From Anaerolineales bacterium (GTDB lineage: Bacteria > Chloroflexota > Anaerolineae > Anaerolineales > DRMV01), in the NCBI GenBank assembly GCA_026985995.1, contig JALSPJ010000131.1:1-36979 (forward strand): 36,979 bases of DNA, given 5' to 3'. The notes below the pieces were generated by a model. It was not told the DNA's origin, searched no databases, and saw only the letters and a list, made by a program, of their open reading frames with translations. Below, piece after piece: positions 8,474 through 16,851 of this stretch (positions within the stretch are counted from its first letter, which is position 1; each line of letters starts with the position of its first letter). The translations under genes were made by a program, and so were the position numbers.

Positions 8474-10183
8474 TCAGGCTGTGGCCGCGGGCCGCAGGTC
8501 CCGCACCTGCAATTGCAGCGCCGGCCCTCCGTTGTAGTGGTTCCACTCCAAAGTGACCAGCAAATCGACCACCGGGGGCAGGTCTTGCAAACGCGAGCTC
8601 AGGCGGAAGGCCACGCCGGTGCGGGTGGCGGTGCCGTCGTCGGCCACGAAACGGAAATGCTGGCCTTGTTGGCCCATGACCTGCACCTGCTTGAGGCGCA
8701 CCCCGCGCACCACGAAGCGGGGCTTGGGGTTGGCCATGCCCGTGGGCTCGAACCAACGCAGCTGGGTGAGCAGTTCGGGGGTGAGTTCGGCCAGGGTGGC
8801 CTCCGCGTCGGCCCGCAGCACGGGTTGCAGGGGCTGGCCGCGCAGGGTTTCGGCCACCACTGCGGTCAGGCAGTCGCGAAACGCGTCCCAGCGGCTGCGG
8901 TGCACGGTGAAGCCCGCGGCCGCGGCGTGGCCGCCGTAGCGTTCCAACAAATGCCCGCAGCGCTCTAAGGCCTGGGTGATGTGCAGCTCGGGAATGCTGC
9001 GGCACGAGCCCCGCACCCATTCCCCGGCGATTTGGGCCACCAGCGCGGGCCGATGGAAGCGTTCCACCAGCCGGGCCGCGGCCAGGCCCACCACGCCGGG
9101 GTTGAAGTCGGCATGCGCGGCAAAGAGCACCCAGGGCGGGTCGTCGGGGTCGGGCACAGCCATGCGGATGGCCGCCTGCACCGTGGTTTCGGTGAGATGC
9201 TGGCGTCGGCGGTTGTGCACATCCAGCTGCTGGGCCAGCTGCCCGGCTTCCATCACATCGTCGGTCATCAGCAGGCGCAGCGCGGCCATGGCCGAATCCA
9301 AGCGCCCGGCCGCGTTGAGCCGCGGGCCCAAGATGAAGCCGATGTGCCCCGCGTTGAGGCGCTGGGGTTTGACCCCGGCCACGCCCATGAGCGCGAACAG
9401 CCCCTGGCGCTGGGGTTGGCGCAAACGATGCAGCCCCCGGCGCACCAGGTAGCGGTTTTCCCCCCGCAGGGGAACCACATCCGCGACGGTGCCCAAGGCC
9501 ACCAGGTCCAAATGGCGCTGCACCGCGTCGGCCCGGCGGGGTTCCAACCGTAAGAGCAGCGCGTGGGCCAGTTTGTAGGCCACGCCCACGCCGGCCAGGT
9601 CCTTGTCGGGGTACGGGTCCTGGGGCAGGCGGGGGTTGACCACCGCGTGGGCCGGGGGCAGGGTTTCGGGCGGGTGGTGATGGTCCGTGACCACGATGTC
9701 CAGCCCCAACTGCCGCGCGTAGGCCACGGGTTCGGGCGGGCGAATGCCGCAATCTACGGTGACCACCAGCCGCGCGCCTTGCTCGTGCAACCGGCGCAAC
9801 GCCTCGCTGTTGAGGCCATAGCCTTCGTCGAAGCGATTGGGAATGTAAGGCGTGACCTGCGCGCCTAAGCTTTGCAGGGTTTGGGTGAGCAGCACATTGG
9901 CCGTCACGCCGTCGACATCGTAATCGCCGTAGACCACGATGGGCCACTGCCGGCGAATGGCATAGGCGATGCGGTCCACCGCGTCTTCCATGCCGTGCAG
10001 GGCAAAGGGGTCTTCGGTGCCCGGTGGGCGATGGGCCTCGAGAAAGGCCTTGGCCGCCTCGTAAGTGGTGAAGCCCCGGGCGTACAACATGCGCTGCCAC
10101 AGCGGGGGGAACCGGCGCAGCGCGCGCTGCACTTCAGGCGGCGGCGGAGGAGCGATTTCCCAACGGGCTTGGAGGGGGGCCAT
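8474..10183 (-). CDS. recJ: Single-stranded DNA exonuclease RecJ
   Basis: YGDYDVDG, PNRFDEGYGL, TVDCGI, TDHH, ALGTVADVVPL, GPRLNAAGRL, GSCRS, GGHAAAAG. Confidence 0.96.
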   Translation of the reverse strand: MAPLQARWEIAPPPPPEVQRALRRFPPLWQRMLYARGFTTYEAAKAFLEAHRPPGTEDPFALHGMEDAVDRIAYAIRRQWPIVVYGDYDVDGVTANVLLTQTLQSLGAQVTPYIPNRFDEGYGLNSEALRRLHEQGARLVVTVDCGIRPPEPVAYARQLGLDIVVTDHHHPPETLPPAHAVVNPRLPQDPYPDKDLAGVGVAYKLAHALLLRLEPRRADAVQRHLDLVALGTVADVVPLRGENRYLVRRGLHRLRQPQRQGLFALMGVAGVKPQRLNAGHIGFILGPRLNAAGRLDSAMAALRLLMTDDVMEAGQLAQQLDVHNRRRQHLTETTVQAAIRMAVPDPDDPPWVLFAAHADFNPGVVGLAAARLVERFHRPALVAQIAGEWVRGSCRSIPELHITQALERCGHLLERYGGHAAAAGFTVHRSRWDAFRDCLTAVVAETLRGQPLQPVLRADAEATLAELTPELLTQLRWFEPTGMANPKPRFVVRGVRLKQVQVMGQQGQHFRFVADDGTATRTGVAFRLSSRLQDLPPVVDLLVTLEWNHYNGGPALQLQVRDLRPAATA

Positions 10184-10333
10184 GGCACATCCTTGGCGTG
10201 CAGGAGATGGGTTTTCATTGTACTACGCTTGCGCCCAATCCCGGGTGTGTCAAGCGCCAAAGCCGGCGGGGCCGGGTGGAACCCGCGCCACGCTGCGTTG
10301 CTGACCGCATGGTGGTAAGCAGAGGGGCCCCGT

Positions 10334-11017
10334 TCAGTCAGGCTGTTCGGATGATTTGGTGGAGGGCTCGGCCCAGGGGTCGATGAGGTGGTGCCGCACC
10401 GCGTAATGTACCACTTGGGCCACATTACGCAAGTTGAGTTTGCGCATGAGGCGGGTGCGATGTACTTCAACGGTTTTGGGGCTGATGTATAACATGCGCG
10501 CAATTTCCTGGTTGGTATATCCCTGAGCAATGAGGATGAGGATTTCCCGCTCCCGGGGGGTAAGACGCTGATGGGGCGGGGTGGCCGTTTCGCCGGCCAT
10601 TAGCGCATCGAGCACCAGTTTGGCGATGGGTGGGTAAAGGTAGGCATTCCCAGCGTGTACGGCGCGAATGGCTTTGACGAAATCGGTATCTGCGGCCTGT
10701 TTGAGCACATAGCCCGCGGCGCCGGCTTCCAGCAAGGGAAGCACAAACTCCTTGTTGCCATATTGGGTCAGCATGAGCACCCGCAGGTCGGGGTTCTCAG
10801 CCAACAGATAGCGCAGGGTGGTCAGTCCGTTTATGCCGGGCATCATCACATCCAGCACCACCACATCCGGTCGTAGGCTGCGGGTCAGCTGGAGCGCCTC
10901 TTCCCCCGAACCGGCTTCGCCAACGACTTCGATGTCATCGTAAGTTTCCAACAAGGCCCGAAGTCCGGCCCGTAAAATGGCATGGTCATCCACCAGCAGC
11001 ACGCGAATTTTGCCCAT
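10334..11017 (-). CDS. NarL/FixJ family response regulator (REC + LuxR HTH)
   Basis: LVDDH, VVLDVMMP (phospho-Asp), GYVLK, LTPREREIL...GYTNQEIARMLYISPKTVEVHR. Confidence 0.95.
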   Translation of the reverse strand: MGKIRVLLVDDHAILRAGLRALLETYDDIEVVGEAGSGEEALQLTRSLRPDVVVLDVMMPGINGLTTLRYLLAENPDLRVLMLTQYGNKEFVLPLLEAGAAGYVLKQAADTDFVKAIRAVHAGNAYLYPPIAKLVLDALMAGETATPPHQRLTPREREILILIAQGYTNQEIARMLYISPKTVEVHRTRLMRKLNLRNVAQVVHYAVRHHLIDPWAEPSTKSSEQPD

Positions 11018-12824
11018 GAGCGGCTCCTGGGGTCGGTTGGTTTGGGTCGTAGGGCACGGTGATGAACAAGTGGGTGCCTTGTCCGGGTGCGGTGCGCACT
11101 TCCAACGAAGCGTGTATCAAATGTAGGCGCTCGCGCATTCCCAACAGGCCAAAGTGTCCGGCCGTGGCCAAATGATGAGGGTCAAAGGTAAAACCGCGGC
11201 CATCGTCGTGAATTTCGATGTGTAACGCTTGGGGCTGCCATTGAAAAACCAGGCGCGCGTGTTGGGCCTGAGCATGCCGCGCGATGTTGTTGATGGCTTC
11301 TTGCAACACGCGATACAAGGTAGTGTGCACCACCGGGGGGAATTCGTGGGGAGTGCCGTGCACTTCGATTTGCACTTCAACACCTACGGCGCGCAGGCGT
11401 TCTTCGGCATACCAACGCACGGCCGGGAGCAAACCATATTCGTCCAACAACCCGGGGCGCAAATCCAACACGATGCGGTTAACCCCCTCCAGCGTGCGCG
11501 CCACATGCTCCCGCAACATGCGCAGTTGTTGCTGCAAATGAGGGTCTTCGGTCTGGCGTCCCAGCGCGCCCAAGCGCACAATGAGATTGGCCAGTTCTTG
11601 ACTGGTTTCGTCATGCAGTTCCCGAGCCACGCGGCGGCGTTCTTCTTCTTGGGCCGTAATCAGGCGGGTCAGCAGTTCCTCCCGCTCGCGGCACATCTGC
11701 ACCAGCGTTCCGCTTTGATGTTCCAAACGCTGCGCCAAAGTTTGCCGGAGTGCGCGTTCCGTTTGTAGGAGATGACGCACCCGCTGCCGCATGGCGTCGA
11801 TGTGTTCGGCCAGGGCTCGTAGCACATGCAACCCGCGTTGGGGAACGGGGTGGTTCAAATGGCCCTGGGCAATGCGCTGGGTGGCCTGTTGCAGGGCTTG
11901 CAACGGGGCGAATACTGCCCAATGGTGAAAGACGACCACCGCGAGCGCCAGCACGATTAAAGCCGTGGACAGCGCGATGGCCCCCCATCGGGCCTGGTCG
12001 TAAGTGTGGTTCAGCACTTCTGCGGGTTTGAGGAGCACCAGGGTGTAATACATGCCCTGGTGAGTGGGGCCCAGGGGGGCGAAGACTACGCCATAGAGCT
12101 GCGCCTGGTGCCTCACAAAGAAGGGCTGCCAGGCCGCGACCCGATGCTGGGCCAGTTCCTGTTGCACTGTGGTGAGCGTGGACGGGGGCAAAGGTTGGCC
12201 GGCGATGACCACGGCTCCTTGCCCGTCGGTGAGCAAAAGGGAGCCGCCAAACCCCCGCGCCAGCTGCGCCAAAGTGACGGAATCGAATTCATGGGCGATG
12301 GTGACCACCGCGTCCACTTGGCCGCGAGCTGTGGTGTGCGGGGCTACGGCGATGAGCCAAATGCGTCCCTGGATGGTGGTCAATTCAGCCAAGGTTTGGC
12401 CTTTCCAACCGCGTTGCACCGCATCCAGGCGTTGTAAATCGTCGGCTGTAAAAACCGCCTCTTCCGCCGCGGTGTAGGCGACGGGATGAGGCGTCAGAAT
12501 ATACACCTGGTCCCGTTCGTGCGCGGTTTGATGCAACGCCAAAAAGCGCCGCAAGCGTTCCAGTTCCCCCTTGGACAGCCAGGTGAAAAGGTCCTCGTAG
12601 TGGGCCAGCAACAGGGCTTCGTCCCGCAAATAACTCGCTTCAGCCGTGAACCAGCCGTGCAAGGCTATGGCCTGCTGCTGCAGCTCGTTGCTCAGACATT
12701 GGCGCACTTGCCAGACGATGTTTTCACTCAGCCGCCACACCCCCCATATCAACGCGATGGCAGCCCCCAAACTCAACACCAATGGCCAAACCAGCATGCG
12801 GTTCCAGCGTTCCCCACGGGTCAC
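10986..12824 (-). CDS. Sensor histidine kinase (TM, extracytoplasmic Cache-like region, TM, HAMP, HisKA_3, HATPase_c)
   Basis: AQEEERRRVARELHDETSQ H-box, QEAINNIARHA N-box, DDGRGF, GHFGLLGMRER, PGQGT. GTG 12824 chosen from SD AAGGAG at 12833-12838. Confidence 0.92.
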   Translation of the reverse strand: MTRGERWNRMLVWPLVLSLGAAIALIWGVWRLSENIVWQVRQCLSNELQQQAIALHGWFTAEASYLRDEALLLAHYEDLFTWLSKGELERLRRFLALHQTAHERDQVYILTPHPVAYTAAEEAVFTADDLQRLDAVQRGWKGQTLAELTTIQGRIWLIAVAPHTTARGQVDAVVTIAHEFDSVTLAQLARGFGGSLLLTDGQGAVVIAGQPLPPSTLTTVQQELAQHRVAAWQPFFVRHQAQLYGVVFAPLGPTHQGMYYTLVLLKPAEVLNHTYDQARWGAIALSTALIVLALAVVVFHHWAVFAPLQALQQATQRIAQGHLNHPVPQRGLHVLRALAEHIDAMRQRVRHLLQTERALRQTLAQRLEHQSGTLVQMCREREELLTRLITAQEEERRRVARELHDETSQELANLIVRLGALGRQTEDPHLQQQLRMLREHVARTLEGVNRIVLDLRPGLLDEYGLLPAVRWYAEERLRAVGVEVQIEVHGTPHEFPPVVHTTLYRVLQEAINNIARHAQAQHARLVFQWQPQALHIEIHDDGRGFTFDPHHLATAGHFGLLGMRERLHLIHASLEVRTAPGQGTHLFITVPYDPNQPTPGAAHGQNSRAAGG

Positions 12825-13027
12825 GCGTCGCGCTCCTTCTTGCGAATTACCCAACCCCACGACCGGGGGCTTGTCCCGAATTGATACGGCCGCGGCAGAA
12901 AATATTTTCTAATTTGAGTATAGAAGCCCGCAAACCCCTGTCAAGGCGACAATCCTCACATCCCCCGGGACAGAGCCCTACAAGAAGGGCGGCCAGACGG
13001 CGAGCGCTTTCTCATCAAATGCTAAAA

Positions 13028-13126
13028 ATAGGGGGTTTCCACGCCGAGGGTAAGGCCTTTCCTGTATGGGCAAAGGCGCGCGTTGGCTCTACCATAAGGA
13101 TGCCCACGATTGTGGCATTTTTCACG
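13028..13126 (+). promoter_or_regulatory. Putative NarL/LuxR-type regulator binding array upstream of the cytochrome operon
   Basis: ATAGGGGGTTTCCACG (13028), GTAAGGCCTTTCCTGT (13050), ATAAGGATGCCCACG (13094): TA(A/G)GG cores at 13029, 13051 and 13095. Confidence 0.45.
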
Positions 13127-13147
13127 GACCGTCGAGGTAGGTAGCCC

Positions 13148-13630
13148 ATGGTATGGGTGTGGTTGGCTTATCGGTATGAGGCCGCGGGGAGATACGCACT
13201 GCGCCGTATGGCCGGTTGGCCTGAGGTGCGGGTGTTGGGGCTGGTCGGGCACGAAGAGGCGCTGCTGGAAGTGGCCCGTTGGCAGGCCCCGCAGATGGTG
13301 GTGGTGCATGTGCCATCGTGGGGGTATCCCACGGTGGAGTGGTTGCGTTGCTTGCGGGGGGTGGCCCCTGGGGTACGGGTGCTGGCCGTCGGGTGCGGCG
13401 CTGCCCAGGTGGGCGAAGCCTTCTTGCGCCTGGCTCCTTTTGGTTTGCGGGGTTGTGTGTGCGCGGAAACAGGGCGCGAGGTGCGGGCGGCGTTGCAGGC
13501 GTTACGGCGGGCCAATGCTTTGTACCTGTGTCCGCAAGCCAGCCGTGCCCTGCTCGAGGCCTATCGGCGGCGTTGTGCCGCGCCGACCCAGGCCGCTGCC
13601 GCCCAGATGATGGCAGGAGCGCTGACATGA
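13148..13630 (+). CDS. Stand-alone degenerate (pseudo-)receiver domain protein
   Basis: SD GAGGT; collinear by eye with the REC domain of the neighbouring regulator (EVRVLG/DIEVVG, EEAL, PQMVVVH/PDVVVLD, GVRVLAV/DLRVLML, LYLCP/AYLYP); ATGA coupling to the next gene. Confidence 0.7.
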   Translation: MVWVWLAYRYEAAGRYALRRMAGWPEVRVLGLVGHEEALLEVARWQAPQMVVVHVPSWGYPTVEWLRCLRGVAPGVRVLAVGCGAAQVGEAFLRLAPFGLRGCVCAETGREVRAALQALRRANALYLCPQASRALLEAYRRRCAAPTQAAAAQMMAGALT

Positions 13631-14964
13631 TGATGGACAGCAAACGCCGAGGTTGGGCCATCTTGGGGGTGTTGGGGGGAATGCTGGCGCTGTGGTTTGG
13701 CCTGGCGGCCGGTTGGGGGGTACAGCCGGCCTGGGCGCAACCGTTGCCGGGGGAGGAAGCCCCCACGCCGCAAGCCGATGCCGGTTCCCCCGACACCGAT
13801 TGTTTGATGTGCCATACCAATCACAATTTCCGCGGGCGATTCGCCAATGGCCAGGTCATTTCGTTGTATGTGGATGTGGGGGAATTCGAAAACTCGGTGC
13901 ACGGTCCGGAAGGGCTGGAGTGCATCGCCTGTCATCCCAATACGCGCGCGTATCCGCATCGGCCCGACCAGGCGCAAGTGGATTGCACGACCTGCCATCT
14001 TTCCGAAGATGGCCGGGTGGGTGCGGTGGTGCGCGATTTGGATTTGGTGGTGGATTTGCCTTATGCCGATGTGCGGGAGATGGTGCTGCGTATCAATCAA
14101 GAATGCCAGAGTTGTCACGAAGAGGCGGCCAAGGAGGCGCAGGACAGTATGCATGTGCGGGCCCAAGAGAGCGGCAACCGGGACGCGCCCGTGTGCGCCG
14201 ATTGTCACGGCAGTCACGACATTCAACCCCCAGGGCAGCCCCGGGCCCGAGTGCCCCAATTGTGCGGGCAATGCCATCGGCCTGTGTTCACCACTTATCA
14301 GGCCAGTGTGCACGGCCAGGCTTTGCAACAAAACCCGAACCACGCCGATGTGCCCACCTGCGTGAGTTGCCACGGCGTGCATAGCGTGCGCGGGCCCCGC
14401 ACACCGGGTTTCCACAACGACATGATTGCCGTTTGCGGCCAGTGCCACGGCGATGCCGAACGCATGGCCAGGTATGACCTTTCGGCGCAGGTGTATGTGT
14501 CGTATTTGCGTGAATTCCACGGACGGGCCGTCAATGTGGCTCGTTTGGCCGGGCCGGGGCCCGAAAGCGCCGAAGCCACCTGTTACGACTGTCACGGCGT
14601 GCACAACATTCAGCCGGTGGATGACCCGCGTGCCACGGTACACGGTGAACGGCTGTTGACCACCTGCCAGCAGTGCCATCCGGCCGCGGGGCCGCGCTTC
14701 ACCACCGCGTGGAATCGCCACCAGGAACCTTCATGGGAGCGGACCCCGGTGCTGGCGGCCATCGATTGGCTGTATGGCTATGTGCTCATCCCCGGCGTGA
14801 TTGGCAGCTTCTTGCTCTACATTGGTTTGGATGCCCGCAAGCGGTGGCAGGAGAAACGCCGGGCCGTACATCGGGCCCTGTTGGAGGCCGAGCGCGAACT
14901 GGCGCGTGAATTAGGAGCGGATGACGATGGCGCTTTCGATGATGAAGACCTCCTCGCCGAATAA
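13627..14964 (+). CDS. Decaheme cytochrome c with signal peptide and C-terminal TM anchor (CbcL-like c-type domain)
   Basis: 10 CxxCH (CLMCH, CIACH, CTTCH, CQSCH, CADCH, CGQCH, CVSCH, CGQCH, CYDCH, CQQCH), repeated S(V/M)H distal-His motifs, AWA signal cleavage site, TM helix WLYGYVLIPGVIGSFLLYIGL. Confidence 0.92.
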   Translation: MMMDSKRRGWAILGVLGGMLALWFGLAAGWGVQPAWAQPLPGEEAPTPQADAGSPDTDCLMCHTNHNFRGRFANGQVISLYVDVGEFENSVHGPEGLECIACHPNTRAYPHRPDQAQVDCTTCHLSEDGRVGAVVRDLDLVVDLPYADVREMVLRINQECQSCHEEAAKEAQDSMHVRAQESGNRDAPVCADCHGSHDIQPPGQPRARVPQLCGQCHRPVFTTYQASVHGQALQQNPNHADVPTCVSCHGVHSVRGPRTPGFHNDMIAVCGQCHGDAERMARYDLSAQVYVSYLREFHGRAVNVARLAGPGPESAEATCYDCHGVHNIQPVDDPRATVHGERLLTTCQQCHPAAGPRFTTAWNRHQEPSWERTPVLAAIDWLYGYVLIPGVIGSFLLYIGLDARKRWQEKRRAVHRALLEAERELARELGADDDGAFDDEDLLAE

Positions 14965-15862
14965 AACCGATGCATGGGAGCGCGTCCTGGAGCGCCTGGA
15001 GCTCAAGCGTCGGTTGGTGCTGCGCCGGCTGCGGCAGGCCGAAGCCTGGGCGCAACGCCTCAAGGTGCTGCCCGACGGGCGGCGCGTGTTCCTGCGCTTC
15101 GACCCCGTGTTGCGCTATCAGCATTTCGTCTTCATGCTGGCCTTTACCACCCTGGCCATCACCGGCCTGCTGCAGCATTTCAGCCATCACCTTTGGGTGG
15201 CCCGGGTGGTCAATGTTTTGGGCGGTATGGAGGCCCTGCGGGTGGTGCACCGGGTGGCCGCGCTTATCAGCATTGGCGTTTCGTTGCACCATGTGGCGCA
15301 AATCCTGCACATGTGGGTGGTGCAACGGCGGCGGGGGGCCATGTGGCCCCGCTGGAAGGATTTTCAAGATTTATGGCACACCGTGCGCTACAACCTGGGC
15401 CTGGCACCCCAGCGCCCGCAACACGACCGCTTCTCCATCGAGGAAAAGATGGAGTATTGGGCCTTGCTGTGGGGCCAAACTTTGATGATGGTGACCGGCC
15501 TGATGATGTGGTTCCCTGTGCTGGTCACCCGCTGGTTGCCCGGCGAAGCCATCCCCGTAGCCCGCGCGCTGCATAGTTGGGAGGCCATCCTGGCCACTTT
15601 GGCGGTGATGGTGTGGCACGGCTACCATGTCCATCTCAAGACCCGCAACACCAGCATCTTTACCGGCTATTTGACCGAAGAAGAGATGCTGGAAGAGCAT
15701 CCTTTGGAGTATCGGCGCATTGTCGCCGCGCATCGGCGGGTGCAGCAGCTGCGCCGGGAACTGGCCCTGATTGAGGCCCAAATGGCGGATGTGCGCACCC
15801 GCCTCCAGGGGCCTGGGCAGCCCAGCCCGGCACCCGCGGCCGCAGCTCTTCGGGAGGGATGA
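14921..15862 (+). CDS. Di-heme cytochrome b, FdnI/HydC (formate dehydrogenase gamma-like) family
   Basis: RF...RYQH, LAITGL, VVHRVAA, RFSIEEKMEYWALLWG, TGLMMWFP, LHSWEAILA, WHGYH, SIFTGY...EEHPLEY; 4 TM helices; SD AGGAG. Confidence 0.9.
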   Translation: MTMALSMMKTSSPNKTDAWERVLERLELKRRLVLRRLRQAEAWAQRLKVLPDGRRVFLRFDPVLRYQHFVFMLAFTTLAITGLLQHFSHHLWVARVVNVLGGMEALRVVHRVAALISIGVSLHHVAQILHMWVVQRRRGAMWPRWKDFQDLWHTVRYNLGLAPQRPQHDRFSIEEKMEYWALLWGQTLMMVTGLMMWFPVLVTRWLPGEAIPVARALHSWEAILATLAVMVWHGYHVHLKTRNTSIFTGYLTEEEMLEEHPLEYRRIVAAHRRVQQLRRELALIEAQMADVRTRLQGPGQPSPAPAAAALREG

Positions 15863-16851
15863 CCATGGCTGCCTGGCTATCACGATGGACACGGCTTTGG
15901 CGGGAAGTGAGTGTCGAGCGGCTGACGCGGGCCGTGGTGGCCGTGGCCGCGTTGTTGGCCCTGACCACCCTGGCTTTTGGCGGCTATTACTACTGGGACC
16001 GGTATCACGCCCGGGGGCCTTTGTCCCCTGCGGAGCAAGCGATGCAGGAATTGGAGCAAGCCGTGCGCGCCAATCCCAACGACCCCGATGCGCGGGTGGC
16101 CCTGGCCGCGTTGTATTACGAAAATCATCTATACGACCGGGCCGCGGACGCGGCCACCCAAGTGCTGCGGGCCTATCCCGACCACGAAGCCGCGCTCCTT
16201 ATTGCCGGCCTGGCTTATGTGCAACAGGACCGCCTGGACCAGGCCGTGCCCCTGTTGCAACATTTTGTGGAATTGCGCCGCGACAGCCCCACGGCGCAGG
16301 TGGACCTGCAGCTGGAGACGGCTTACTACTTTTTGGGCCGTGCCTATGTGTTGTTGGGGGAACCCGACGCGGCCATCGCGCCATTGGAAGCGGCCTTGCG
16401 CATTTCGCCCACCGATGCCGATGCCCTTTACCAGCTGGGCGTGGCCTATCAAAGCCTGGAACGCTGCGATGACGCGTTAGCATCCTTTCACCGCGCGGTG
16501 CGGCTGGTGCCCAAGTTCCCCGAAGCCTATGAGGGGATGGCCCAGTGCTATCAGGTGCTGGACGCCCCCCTCCGTTTGCGTTACGCCCAGGGGATGCTGG
16601 CCTGGTCCCAAGGCCGCTATGCGCCGGCGCGCGCGGCCCTGGAAGCGGTGACGGAACAGGACCCTGACTTCGCGCCAGCCTGGCTGGGCCTGGGGCTCAC
16701 TTATGAAAAGCTGGGCGATTTGACGGCCGCGGCCGAGGCCCTGGCCCGCGCCCAAACCCTGGCGCCGGATGATTTGGCCGTGCAGCACGCGCTGGGGCGG
16801 GTGCAAGCCGCCCTGCAAGCCCAGGCCGCTACCCAGGAGGCAGCGCCATGA
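15859..16851 (+). CDS. Membrane-anchored tetratricopeptide repeat protein
   Basis: N-terminal TM (AVVAVAALLALTTLAFGGYYYW) then multiple TPRs (PNDPDARVALA, PTDADALYQLG, PDFAPAWLGLG); start 15859 or 15865. Confidence 0.88.
   Translation: MTMAAWLSRWTRLWREVSVERLTRAVVAVAALLALTTLAFGGYYYWDRYHARGPLSPAEQAMQELEQAVRANPNDPDARVALAALYYENHLYDRAADAATQVLRAYPDHEAALLIAGLAYVQQDRLDQAVPLLQHFVELRRDSPTAQVDLQLETAYYFLGRAYVLLGEPDAAIAPLEAALRISPTDADALYQLGVAYQSLERCDDALASFHRAVRLVPKFPEAYEGMAQCYQVLDAPLRLRYAQGMLAWSQGRYAPARAALEAVTEQDPDFAPAWLGLGLTYEKLGDLTAAAEALARAQTLAPDDLAVQHALGRVQAALQAQAATQEAAP

Noticed and set aside
8460-10100. N-terminal 547 codons of the 797-aa ORF 7707..10100
   Set aside because: Arg/Gly/Pro-rich alternative frame overlapping recJ; the real gene starts at 8459 with a strong SD.
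13627-14964. MtrA/DmsE porin-cytochrome conduit
   Set aside because: Ten hemes, but it has a C-terminal TM anchor, a cytochrome b partner and no MtrB-like beta-barrel.
14921-15862. Formate dehydrogenase or hydrogenase operon
   Set aside because: Only the cytochrome b fold is present; no molybdopterin, NiFe or Fe-S subunits. Its neighbour is a multiheme cytochrome c.
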